A DNA stretch of 64,000 nt from Dehalococcoidia bacterium (GTDB lineage Bacteria > Chloroflexota > Dehalococcoidia > Bin125), in NCBI GenBank assembly GCA_034428415.1, contig DAOUHS010000149.1, positions 8,990 to 72,989 of the forward strand, given 5' to 3'. The position numbers and the translations under genes are program-made. This document shows positions 49,407 to 58,461 of the stretch, piece after piece; position 1 is the first letter of the stretch; each line of letters begins with the position of its first letter. Below the pieces are notes generated by a model that saw nothing but the letters and a program-made list of their open reading frames with translations, was not told the DNA's origin and did not search any database.

Positions 49407-50278
49407 AAATTCACCGCGCGAGCGATATGGGCTTCTGCTTCGGCGTCCGTCGCGCCGTCGACATGATGAAGGAAGCCGCCGCCAACGGCACCAGAGTTAC
49501 CACCCTGGGCCAGGTCGTTCACAATCCGCAAGTTGTCGCCCAACTTGAACACACCGGAATCATGGTCAAGAACGACCGCTCCGCCGATGAGGTAGATACC
49601 GACACCGTCGCAATCACGGCGCACGGAGTCGGCGAAACCGTCGTGCGAGACATTGAGGCTCGCGGGCTCAGCGTGATCGATACGACGTGCCAGTTCGTCT
49701 CACGCTCGCAGCGCGCCGCCAGAAATCTGGCCGAACGGGGCTTCACCGTCGTCATTTTCGGCGACCCAACGCATCCCGAGGTCAAGGGTGTCCTCGGTTG
49801 GTGCCGGGGGCGTGGAATCGTGGTCAAGGACGAATCGCTCGAGGATCTGCCCGATTATCTGCCGGCGAAGATCGGCGTGATCTCGCAGACGACGCACACG
49901 CCGGAGCGCTTTGCCGCGTTCGTCTCCAATCTGATGCGCGCCCGCATCGACCAGATCACCGAGATCCGCGTGGTCAATGTGCTCTGCAACGCTACGACAT
50001 CGCAGCAGGCGGCCACCCGTGATCTGACCCAGGATGTCGACCTGATGATCGTCGTGGGCGGTCACAACTCGGCCAACACTCGCCATCTCGCTGAACTCTC
50101 ACGAGCGAACGGCGTTGAGACATACCACGTCGAAACGGCGAACGAACTGAAGCCCGAGTGGTTCAAAGGCCACGAAGACATTGGCGTGACCGCCGGCGCG
50201 TCGACGCCCGACTTCTCGATCGACGCTGTCGTCGATCGAATCGAAGAGATTGATCAGCTTGCCTCTGCCACGATCTAG
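49403..50278 (+). CDS. ispH: 4-hydroxy-3-methylbut-2-enyl diphosphate reductase
   Basis: MGFCFGVRRAV N-terminal cysteine motif and the conserved VVHN loop of LytB/IspH. Confidence 0.9.
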   Translation: MKIHRASDMGFCFGVRRAVDMMKEAAANGTRVTTLGQVVHNPQVVAQLEHTGIMVKNDRSADEVDTDTVAITAHGVGETVVRDIEARGLSVIDTTCQFVSRSQRAARNLAERGFTVVIFGDPTHPEVKGVLGWCRGRGIVVKDESLEDLPDYLPAKIGVISQTTHTPERFAAFVSNLMRARIDQITEIRVVNVLCNATTSQQAATRDLTQDVDLMIVVGGHNSANTRHLAELSRANGVETYHVETANELKPEWFKGHEDIGVTAGASTPDFSIDAVVDRIEEIDQLASATI

Positions 50279-50304
50279 CTGACTCCAATGCCGCGTAGCA
50301 GCCG

Positions 50305-51726
50305 ATGACACCTCCGCGCCGTTCCACTGTTCCGGTCGGGGCGATCAGCGCCATTGAAGCCGACTCGCTGGCCGAGGCAGCGGGACTGCGGCCTGGTGAC
50401 CAGGTGCTCGCCGTCAACGGGCAACCTGTCCGCGATCCCGTGGATTACCGCTTTCAGACAACCGACAACCTGGTCGAACTCGAAGTGGTGCATGTCGGCG
50501 AACTCGCATTGGTCGAGTTCGAAAAGCCGATCGATGAACCGCTCGGAATCGAATTCGACGATGACGCATTCGACGGAACCCGGATCTGCAACAACAAGTG
50601 CTTCTTCTGCTTCCTCAAAGGGCTGCCCAAGGGCCTGCGCCGGCCGCTCTACATCAAGGACGACGACTATCGCTTGTCCTTCCTCCACGGCAACTTCGTC
50701 ACCCTGACAAATCTCTCCGACGATGACTGGGTTCGTCTCGAGGAACAGCGGCTTAGTCCACTGCACGTCAGTGTTCATGCGACCGACCTCGCACTGCGCC
50801 GAACCCTGCTGGGCAACCGAACCGCGCCCGACATCCTCGAGCAGCTTCGCCGCCTGGCCGATATGCGGATCGAAGTTCACACGCAAGTGGTGCTCTGCCC
50901 GGGCGTCAATGACGGCGACGCGCTCGACCTGACCGTGGGCGATCTCCTGCGTCAGCAGAACGTTGTGTCGATAGGTGTCGTACCTGTCGGCTCGTCACTC
51001 GAAGGCGAGCAAAGGATCAGCGACAACGGGATGCGCGCGCATAGCTCGCAGGAGGCCAGGCGCGTGGTCAAGCAACTGCGCCGCTGGCAACGACTCGCAA
51101 GAACAGAGCGAAGCGCTTCGGTCGTGTTTCCCAGCGACGAGTTCTATCTGACTGCCAACGCGCAGATCCCGGCCGCCCGGCGCTATGACGGATTCCCGCA
51201 GTGGGAAAACGGGATCGGCATGACGCGCACGTTGATCGATGATTGGCGCAAGACTCGAAACAAATTGCGCCAAGGACGACTCGAGGTTCCCACAACTTCA
51301 GCGCTCATCGCCTGTGGAACCCTGATCGCGCCGACGCTCCAGACGCTCTGCGATGAAGCAGCCGCGTTAACCGGAATAGATTTCACGATCCTGCCGATCG
51401 AGAACTCGCTGTTTGGAGCGCGGGTCAACGTCAGCGGCCTGATTCCTGGCATGGACTTCCTGTCTGCGCTATCGCTACGCGAACTTCCACCTCACGTATT
51501 CCTGCCTCGCGCGTCTCTCGACTACTTCGGCACAAAGTTCCTCGACGACCTGACGGCAGAGGAACTGGAAGCTCGCTTGAATCGGCCCGTGTCATTCGTC
51601 TACACCCTCTCCGAGCTCTTAGAGTTGATCGTTGAGGGCACCGACCAGCAGGATTCGGGCAGCAGACAGCCCGGACCCAACGAGCGATCCAACGGTCGCA
51701 GTTGGACGACGCCTGTGGCGGGGTAG
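50305..51726 (+). CDS. PDZ domain / radical SAM-like / DUF512 protein
   Basis: N-terminal PDZ-like segment (GLRPGDQVLAVNGQPV) and a CNNKCFFC (CxxxCxxC) motif, followed by a long C-terminal domain of the DUF512 type. Confidence 0.7.
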   Translation: MTPPRRSTVPVGAISAIEADSLAEAAGLRPGDQVLAVNGQPVRDPVDYRFQTTDNLVELEVVHVGELALVEFEKPIDEPLGIEFDDDAFDGTRICNNKCFFCFLKGLPKGLRRPLYIKDDDYRLSFLHGNFVTLTNLSDDDWVRLEEQRLSPLHVSVHATDLALRRTLLGNRTAPDILEQLRRLADMRIEVHTQVVLCPGVNDGDALDLTVGDLLRQQNVVSIGVVPVGSSLEGEQRISDNGMRAHSSQEARRVVKQLRRWQRLARTERSASVVFPSDEFYLTANAQIPAARRYDGFPQWENGIGMTRTLIDDWRKTRNKLRQGRLEVPTTSALIACGTLIAPTLQTLCDEAAALTGIDFTILPIENSLFGARVNVSGLIPGMDFLSALSLRELPPHVFLPRASLDYFGTKFLDDLTAEELEARLNRPVSFVYTLSELLELIVEGTDQQDSGSRQPGPNERSNGRSWTTPVAG

Positions 51727-51743
51727 ACGCAAGGCTTCGTATG

Positions 51744-53597
51744 TGTGGAATCGTGGGCTATGTCGGCCGCCGGTCGGCCGGACCCATTCTGCTGGAAGGA
51801 CTCCAGCGCTTGGAGTACCGCGGCTACGACTCCTCTGGTATCGCCGTCATTGACCACGACGGCGTGCTGGCGGTGCTAAAGCGGCAAGGCAAACTGCGAG
51901 ATCTTGAAGCCTCAATCAAGCGAATGCCAGCCGGCGGCATGGGCATCGGGCACACGCGCTGGGCCACGCATGGAGAACCGTCCGATCGCAACGCACATCC
52001 GCACGCCTCATCAACAGGCGACGTGATCGTCGTCCAGAACGGAATCGTCGAGAACTATCGCGAACTCAAGGCGGATCTGCAGGAAGAACTCGAATCTGTC
52101 GGTCGCACCTGGCAATCGGACACGGACACGGAGGTGATCCCCGAGCTCATCTCTCGAGAGCTGACCGCCGGCCGATCCTTCGAGGACGCGTTGCTGTTGA
52201 CTCTCGGTCAACTTCGCGGAGCGAACGCGATCGCAGCCTTCTCGCGCAGCAATCCGGGACGAATCTACGCCGCCCGAAAAGGCTCGGCCGGCGGGATCGT
52301 GATCGGCTATGGCGACGGCGAGATGTTCATCGCCAGCGATCTGCCGGCATTACTCCCTCACACGACCAGCGTGTATCACCTGGAAGACGGCGAGATCGCC
52401 ACGATCGACGCCGAAGGCGCGACGATCCAGCGTGCCGAACGCCGGGCGTTCGAGCCGACCCCTCATCAGGTCGACCTCGATCCGGTCGCCATCGCTCGAG
52501 GACCCTACCGGCACTTCATGCTCAAGGAGATTCATGAACAGCCGCGCGCCCTGTCGGACACGATCCGCGGTCGGGCCAGACTCGATCCGCCCAGCGCCCT
52601 GATAGACGACCTGACTATCTCGGACGAGACGTTGCGCGGCATCGAGCGGGTCTTGGTCATCGGTATGGGCACATCCCTGCACGCGGCGATGATCGGTCGC
52701 TGGTGGATCGAACAACTCGCCGGCGTCCCCGCCGACTTTGACAACGCGTCGGAGTTCCGCTTCCGCACTCCGCTACTCGGCCCGTCAACGCTGGTCGTTT
52801 CCGTCACGCAGTCCGGCGAGACCATCGACACCCTAGGCGCCATGAATCACGTCCGTCAGCGCTGGGGCGCACCGCAGATTGCGATTACCAACGTGGACGG
52901 ATCGGAAGCTACACGCAGGGCGGACGCGACCATCCTGATCCGCTGCGGGCCGGAGGTCGGCGTCGCCTCGACCAAGACCTTCTCCGGCTCGCTCGCCGCC
53001 CTCTATCTCCTCGCCTGCCGACTCGGCAGGGCACGTGGCACCATCGCCGACTCCACTTTCGTCAACGCGCTTGAGCAACTGCTGACTGCGCCCTCGCTCG
53101 TCGAGCGCGGCCTTCGCAAAACAGAGCGTTGCGCCGAAATCGCGCAACTGCATAGCTCGGCGACCAACTTCCTCGTCCTCGGTCGGGGAATCGAGTATCC
53201 GCTGGCCATGGAAGCGGCGTTGAAGTGCAAGGAGATCTCCTATGTCCACGCCGAGGGCTATGCCGCTGGCGAGATGAAGCACGGGCCGATCGCACTGCTC
53301 GACGGCGACTTCCCTGTCGTTGCCCTCGCGCCCCGCGGGCCGTTGTTCGACAAGATGATGTCGGCGATCCAGCAGGTCAGCGCGCGCCGGGCGCCGGTCA
53401 TCGCCGTTGGCGATGAGGGGGACGACGAGCTGGCCGCAATGGTCGATCACTTCATCGGAGTGCCTCCGGCGCCTCCACTCCTGACACCGTTCGCGTTGAC
53501 TCCTGTGATCCAGTTGCTCGCCTACCACATCGCGTTGTCGAGGGGATTCGATATCGACCAGCCGCGCAATCTCGCCAAGACCGTTACGGTCGAGTGA
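51744..53597 (+). CDS. glmS: Glutamine--fructose-6-phosphate aminotransferase
   Basis: MCGIVGY N-terminal nucleophile motif and two SIS domains; terminal ...VTVE. Confidence 0.95.
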   Translation, partial: CGIVGYVGRRSAGPILLEGLQRLEYRGYDSSGIAVIDHDGVLAVLKRQGKLRDLEASIKRMPAGGMGIGHTRWATHGEPSDRNAHPHASSTGDVIVVQNGIVENYRELKADLQEELESVGRTWQSDTDTEVIPELISRELTAGRSFEDALLLTLGQLRGANAIAAFSRSNPGRIYAARKGSAGGIVIGYGDGEMFIASDLPALLPHTTSVYHLEDGEIATIDAEGATIQRAERRAFEPTPHQVDLDPVAIARGPYRHFMLKEIHEQPRALSDTIRGRARLDPPSALIDDLTISDETLRGIERVLVIGMGTSLHAAMIGRWWIEQLAGVPADFDNASEFRFRTPLLGPSTLVVSVTQSGETIDTLGAMNHVRQRWGAPQIAITNVDGSEATRRADATILIRCGPEVGVASTKTFSGSLAALYLLACRLGRARGTIADSTFVNALEQLLTAPSLVERGLRKTERCAEIAQLHSSATNFLVLGRGIEYPLAMEAALKCKEISYVHAEGYAAGEMKHGPIALLDGDFPVVALAPRGPLFDKMMSAIQQVSARRAPVIAVGDEGDDELAAMVDHFIGVPPAPPLLTPFALTPVIQLLAYHIALSRGFDIDQPRNLAKTVTVE

Positions 53598-53708
53598 TTG
53601 CTACTCGCCCGATCAAGTGCGACAGACGACACGCGCAAGTCGCCAACCCGGTGATATCCTGCCTCCGCGAGCCGTGTACGTCCCAACAAGAACTCGCGGG
53701 CTTCCCCT

Positions 53709-56003
53709 ATGACCTCAGACTCCAACCACATCGTCTGGTTCGCCGAAGTCGGACGGGATGATGTCGCCTTAGTCGGCGGTAAGGGAGCCAACCTGGGCGA
53801 ACTCACCCAGGCGACGATTCCTGTCCCGCCCGGATTCGTGGTCACGACTCGCGCCTATCGCCAGTTCATCGAACATAGCGGCCTGAATCACACGCTTCGT
53901 CACCTCCTTCGCGGCCTCAACGTGGACGACGACACGCAGCTCAATACAGCCGCAGCCGCCGTCCGACATGCGATCGAGCAGGCCGAGATGCCCGCCGCGA
54001 TGCAGGAAGAAATCACCGCTGCCTATGTCCGCCTGGGAGAAGGACCCGTGGCGGTCCGCAGTTCCGCCACCGCCGAGGACCTGGCCGAGGCATCATTCGC
54101 GGGTCAGCAGGCGACGTTCCTGAACATCGAAGGGGGCGTCAATGTCGTCGAGGCTGTGCAACGCTGTTGGGCTTCGCTCTTTGAGCCGCGAGCCATCTTC
54201 TATCGAGAACAGGCTGGCTGGGGCCACCTAGACGTCGACTTGGCCGTTCCTGTGCAGCGCATGGTGCAGAGCCAGTCCTCGGGCGTGATGTTCACGGTCG
54301 ACCCGATCACCAACGACGCCAACCGAATTGTAATCGAAGCCGCGTTCGGACTAGGCGAGGCAGTGGTCGGCGGACTGGTCTCGCCGGATCACTTCGAGGT
54401 AGATAAATCAGCCGAACACATCATCGAGCGCCAGATTTTCGCCCAGGACCGGAGGCTTGTTCGGTCTCCCGATGGTGCGCTTGATCCGGAGCACGGCCCG
54501 AACATCTGGCAAGAGCTGTCCGACACCGAAGGATCCCTGCCGAAGCTCAGCGACGACCAGGTCGTTGAGCTCTGCCTGATCGGGAAGCGGATCGAGGCCC
54601 ACTACGGTTCGCCGCAGGACATCGAATGGGGCTGGGCCGACGATCGCTTCTACCTGCTGCAAACGCGACCGATCACCACCGTCGCACCGCCGGCCAAGAC
54701 CAATGGCGACAACCCCGCGCCGAAACCGCAAGCGGAACCGATTCTCGATGGCTCTCCCGCCTCGCCCGGCATCGCCACCGGCCGCATTCGAGTCATCCTC
54801 GATGCACGCCAAACAGCCAGCATTGGCGAGGGCGACATCCTGGTTGCGGAGATGACCACACCTGACTTCGTTCCCGCTATGAAACGCGCCGCAGCGATCA
54901 TCACCGAGCGCGGCGGACGCACCTGTCATGCAGCGATCATCTCCCGTGAACTCGGCGTGCCCTGCGTCGTCGGCGCATCCGGTGCCGCAAAGCTGGCGGA
55001 CGGACGCGAGGTCACCGTCGACGGCGCCAACGGCCTCATCTACGACGGCGTGCTGACTGAACTACTCAACTGGTGGCACGACCGCGAAGAGGAGCTACAC
55101 GCACCGATCGCGACGACGACCAAGCTGTACGTCAATCTCGCCGAGCCGGAAATCGCCGACCGTGTCGCGCAACGCGATGTCGACGGCGTGGGACTCTTGC
55201 GCGCCGAGTTCATCATCGCCCGCCTCGGTGAACACCCGCGCAACTTCATTAACACCGGCCGACAGGAAGAATACGTTCGCCGATTGTCGGACGGCATGCG
55301 CAAGATCGCGTCCGCCTTCGATCCGCGTCCCGTGGTCTACCGCGCTACCGACTTTAAGACCAACGAATACGCCAACCTGACCGGCGGGCAGACCTACGAA
55401 CCCGATGAAGAGAACCCGATGATCGGCTATCGCGGGGCCGCGCGTTACATCCGCGAGCCCGACCTGTTTGAGCTGGAGCTGCGGGCGCTCGAGCACGTCC
55501 GCGAAGATCACCCCAACCTGCATCTAATGATTCCTTTCGTCCGCACCCCGGACGAAATGAGCCAGGTCGTGCAACAGGTCGACGAGTACGGTCTCGAACG
55601 AAACCCCGACGTTCCCGGCGGATTCCAGCTCTGGATGATGGTCGAAGTGCCATCCAACGTTTGGCTGCTCGACCAATTCATCGACTGTGGTATCGACGGC
55701 GTTTCGATCGGCTCCAACGACCTGACCCAACTCACGCTCGGCATCGACCGCGACTCCGAGCGGTTTGCCGATACCTTCGACGAGCGCAATCCCGCAGTGC
55801 TCAAGGCCATCGAGTACGTGATCACCACCGCCAAACGGCGGGGCATCACCGTTTCGGTCTGCGGCCAGGGCCCCTCGGAACATCCCGACCTCGCCCAACG
55901 TCTAGTTGACTGGGGGATCACCTCGATCTCCGTGACTCCGGACGTGATCGAGCAGACGCGTCGCCTGGTCGCCAACGCCGAAGCGCAACGACAACGCCAG
56001 TAG
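53709..56003 (+). CDS. ppsA: Phosphoenolpyruvate synthase (pyruvate, water dikinase)
   Basis: ATP-grasp N-terminus (VGGKGANLGEL), central phosphohistidine domain (GGRTCHAAIISRELGVP), C-terminal PEP-utilising TIM barrel; 764 aa. Confidence 0.9.
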   Translation: MTSDSNHIVWFAEVGRDDVALVGGKGANLGELTQATIPVPPGFVVTTRAYRQFIEHSGLNHTLRHLLRGLNVDDDTQLNTAAAAVRHAIEQAEMPAAMQEEITAAYVRLGEGPVAVRSSATAEDLAEASFAGQQATFLNIEGGVNVVEAVQRCWASLFEPRAIFYREQAGWGHLDVDLAVPVQRMVQSQSSGVMFTVDPITNDANRIVIEAAFGLGEAVVGGLVSPDHFEVDKSAEHIIERQIFAQDRRLVRSPDGALDPEHGPNIWQELSDTEGSLPKLSDDQVVELCLIGKRIEAHYGSPQDIEWGWADDRFYLLQTRPITTVAPPAKTNGDNPAPKPQAEPILDGSPASPGIATGRIRVILDARQTASIGEGDILVAEMTTPDFVPAMKRAAAIITERGGRTCHAAIISRELGVPCVVGASGAAKLADGREVTVDGANGLIYDGVLTELLNWWHDREEELHAPIATTTKLYVNLAEPEIADRVAQRDVDGVGLLRAEFIIARLGEHPRNFINTGRQEEYVRRLSDGMRKIASAFDPRPVVYRATDFKTNEYANLTGGQTYEPDEENPMIGYRGAARYIREPDLFELELRALEHVREDHPNLHLMIPFVRTPDEMSQVVQQVDEYGLERNPDVPGGFQLWMMVEVPSNVWLLDQFIDCGIDGVSIGSNDLTQLTLGIDRDSERFADTFDERNPAVLKAIEYVITTAKRRGITVSVCGQGPSEHPDLAQRLVDWGITSISVTPDVIEQTRRLVANAEAQRQRQ

Positions 56004-56090
56004 CCTCGGCCTCCCTGCGATATAGAGTGACGGCGAATCTGTCCGACACGAGCTTGGACGTCAACTCAGTAGGCAGGTGGCCGGAGAAAA

Positions 56091-57980
56091 ATGGGCAGCC
56101 GCGCCGGTTCCATTGCCATTCTCATGGTCATAGCGGGCGTCGTCGCCGCCGTCGTCATCGTCATCAGCCGACTCGATCTGCTCGACACCGGCGAACCGGA
56201 TGCCCCCGTCATGGTCGTTTCGCTCGACGAAGGCGAGCTCGTTCTGCTCAACGAGCCGCAGAGCATCACCGTAACCATTTCCTCCGGCAGCCCCATCGCC
56301 ACTCTTGAGCTGTTTGTCGACGAAGCCTCGATCGTCTCGATCTTGCCCGCCTACTCCGCCGACCGGGGCGCGTGGATCGGTTCCTTCGTCTGGACGCCGG
56401 AACGTCTCGGCTTCGCCGATGTCCGCATCGTCGCGCTCGACGACCAGGGTCACGAGTATGTGCGCACCATCCGGGTCGAGGTGACCGACGACGAGGCGCG
56501 GGTCGCTGCTGCATTGCGAGTGCAGGTGCTGGGAATCACTCCCCTGCAACAGTTCGTGGCTGGCACGGTCATACGCTTGGCCATTTCGGCGACCGGGAAC
56601 CAACCAATCGAACGCTTCGACATGATCGTCAATGATGAGCACATCCTGTCGGTGACGCCTCTTAAGCAAGACACCGGCGAGTACATCGCCGGGATTGATT
56701 GGACCGCCAACAGGGCCGGTGAAATGGAAGTCACCATCGTCGCAGTTGATTCTGCTGGACGCCAAGAGTCTCAAACCGTAATGGTCATCATTCTTAGCCA
56801 GGATGGCAGTGTCCCTTCGAGCGGAAACCGGGAGGAGCCAGATGAAGCGGAACCGGCAGATTCCGATCCGTCTAGCGAGACAGCATCAGATGACGTGGGC
56901 GTGGCGCGGATCGAATCACCAAACGACGGCGAGCGATTCACGTTCGATTCAGACCTCACCATCGACGTTGAGCTCGTAGCTCGCAACATCGGCGCGGTTG
57001 CCAGCGCCCTGCTCTATCTCACTCCTGTCGCGCCCGACAACACGCTCGGGAGCTCTATCTTGATCCACTCCTCCGAGGGTCACGAACCCGGAAACTACAA
57101 CGAGCGAGTCAGTGATGTCGAACGCTGGATCACCGGCTCAGGCTCGTACGAACTGCAGCTCGTCATCTTTACCCCGGAAGACGAGCGCTACGACGACCGC
57201 ATCATGATCCATATCGTCGCCGTCGCGGACGGCGACCGTGACCAGACCGACGAACTCCAGCAAGACGACGAGCCGCCGATCAGCGACGAAATCGACCTGG
57301 CGATCGTCACTGCCCGTCAGGCAGAAGACGACCGACAGCGTCTCAATGTCTCAATCACCAACGAGAGCACGGTCGACATTGAGCGGACCGACTTGGTGAT
57401 CACAGTGATCGATGCGAGCGACGGCGCCGAACTTGCTTCCGTCGCTGTATCGATCGGCATCGAATCGGACGGCCTGCGCACAATCCCGCTAGACCTCGAT
57501 CTGCAACCGGGCGCTGCACTGGAAGCAGTGGTGCTGCTCGAATCCGTCATTGACACCGACACCGCCAACAACACCTTGCCAATCACCCTGACGCCTCCGG
57601 ACACCCAGCCAGAACAACAACAAACCGCTCAGCAGGAGCAAGATTCCCAAACCGAGTCCGAACCTACCGGGCCGAGCCCTGACCTCTCGTTCCTCGACGT
57701 CCAGGCCACGAGCGACGGCTATGTCCTGCTTACGATCATCAACAACGGGGCCGGCGAGGCCGAAACGTTCTCCATTGTGATCACCGACGAGAACGGTGCA
57801 CAGCTGGAGACGATCTCGCGACGCGACGGAGACTCCGAGCCATTGGCGCCAGGAGCGACGCAAATCCTGACCAGTCTGCAGCCGCATTCGGGCGTGGTCG
57901 TCATTACACTGGTGCTCGGCGGTGACGCAAGTGAGCAGGACTTGACCAACAATCGGATCACATTCGAGGTCTCCGGCTAA
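56091..57980 (+). CDS. Membrane-anchored, highly acidic extracellular protein with tandem Ig-like repeats and a C-terminal CARDB-like domain
   Basis: N-terminal TM/signal anchor (SIAILMVIAGVVAAVVIVI). Repeated about 100-aa beta-rich modules (VRIVALDDQGHEYVRTIRVEV, VTIVAVDSAGRQESQTVMVII, LVITVIDASDGAELASVAVSI). C-terminal NNGAGEAETFSIVITDENG...DLTNNRITFEV resembles CARDB. pI is clearly acidic. Confidence 0.65.
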   Translation: MGSRAGSIAILMVIAGVVAAVVIVISRLDLLDTGEPDAPVMVVSLDEGELVLLNEPQSITVTISSGSPIATLELFVDEASIVSILPAYSADRGAWIGSFVWTPERLGFADVRIVALDDQGHEYVRTIRVEVTDDEARVAAALRVQVLGITPLQQFVAGTVIRLAISATGNQPIERFDMIVNDEHILSVTPLKQDTGEYIAGIDWTANRAGEMEVTIVAVDSAGRQESQTVMVIILSQDGSVPSSGNREEPDEAEPADSDPSSETASDDVGVARIESPNDGERFTFDSDLTIDVELVARNIGAVASALLYLTPVAPDNTLGSSILIHSSEGHEPGNYNERVSDVERWITGSGSYELQLVIFTPEDERYDDRIMIHIVAVADGDRDQTDELQQDDEPPISDEIDLAIVTARQAEDDRQRLNVSITNESTVDIERTDLVITVIDASDGAELASVAVSIGIESDGLRTIPLDLDLQPGAALEAVVLLESVIDTDTANNTLPITLTPPDTQPEQQQTAQQEQDSQTESEPTGPSPDLSFLDVQATSDGYVLLTIINNGAGEAETFSIVITDENGAQLETISRRDGDSEPLAPGATQILTSLQPHSGVVVITLVLGGDASEQDLTNNRITFEVSG

Positions 57981-58461
57981 CCCACATTCATAAGTTTCGA
58001 CAGTGTCGTCTGCGACACATTGAACAACGCCATCGATCCTTGACTGCGCTCGACTCTCCGCAGTACATTTGTACGACTAGCACAGCTTAGAACAGGAAGG
58101 TGTTGTGTCACCGTCTGAGCTGCACTTGCCGACAACTCAGGCCCATCCGCACCTTCAGGCCACCCTGCAAACACCTGAAGACATCTGAAAAAACCTGAAA
58201 CCTCTAGCGCATGATCTCCAGCAACACACGGATGTTCCGCCAGAATCGGGCCGTGGAAAAAGTTTCGCCGAAACCTGAACCCACCGGGGTCTGGACGGCT
58301 CGCAGTTGGAGCCTGCGAAAGTGCGCAACCAACCGTGAACGGATCCTGGAGAATCGATTCGCGCGATTCTTCTTCACGAACATTGAAAAAAGTTCCGCAT
58401 CAACGTAAATTTGCCGTATGCCCTCGTGGTCCCTCTCGAATAGCTCGCCTGACTCCTGCGA

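Noticed and set aside
51727-51743. Possible glmS ribozyme upstream of glmS
   Set aside because: Only 17 nt separate glmS from the preceding DUF512 gene, and no GlcN6P ribozyme core sequence is present. glmS is presumably co-transcribed with ispH and DUF512.
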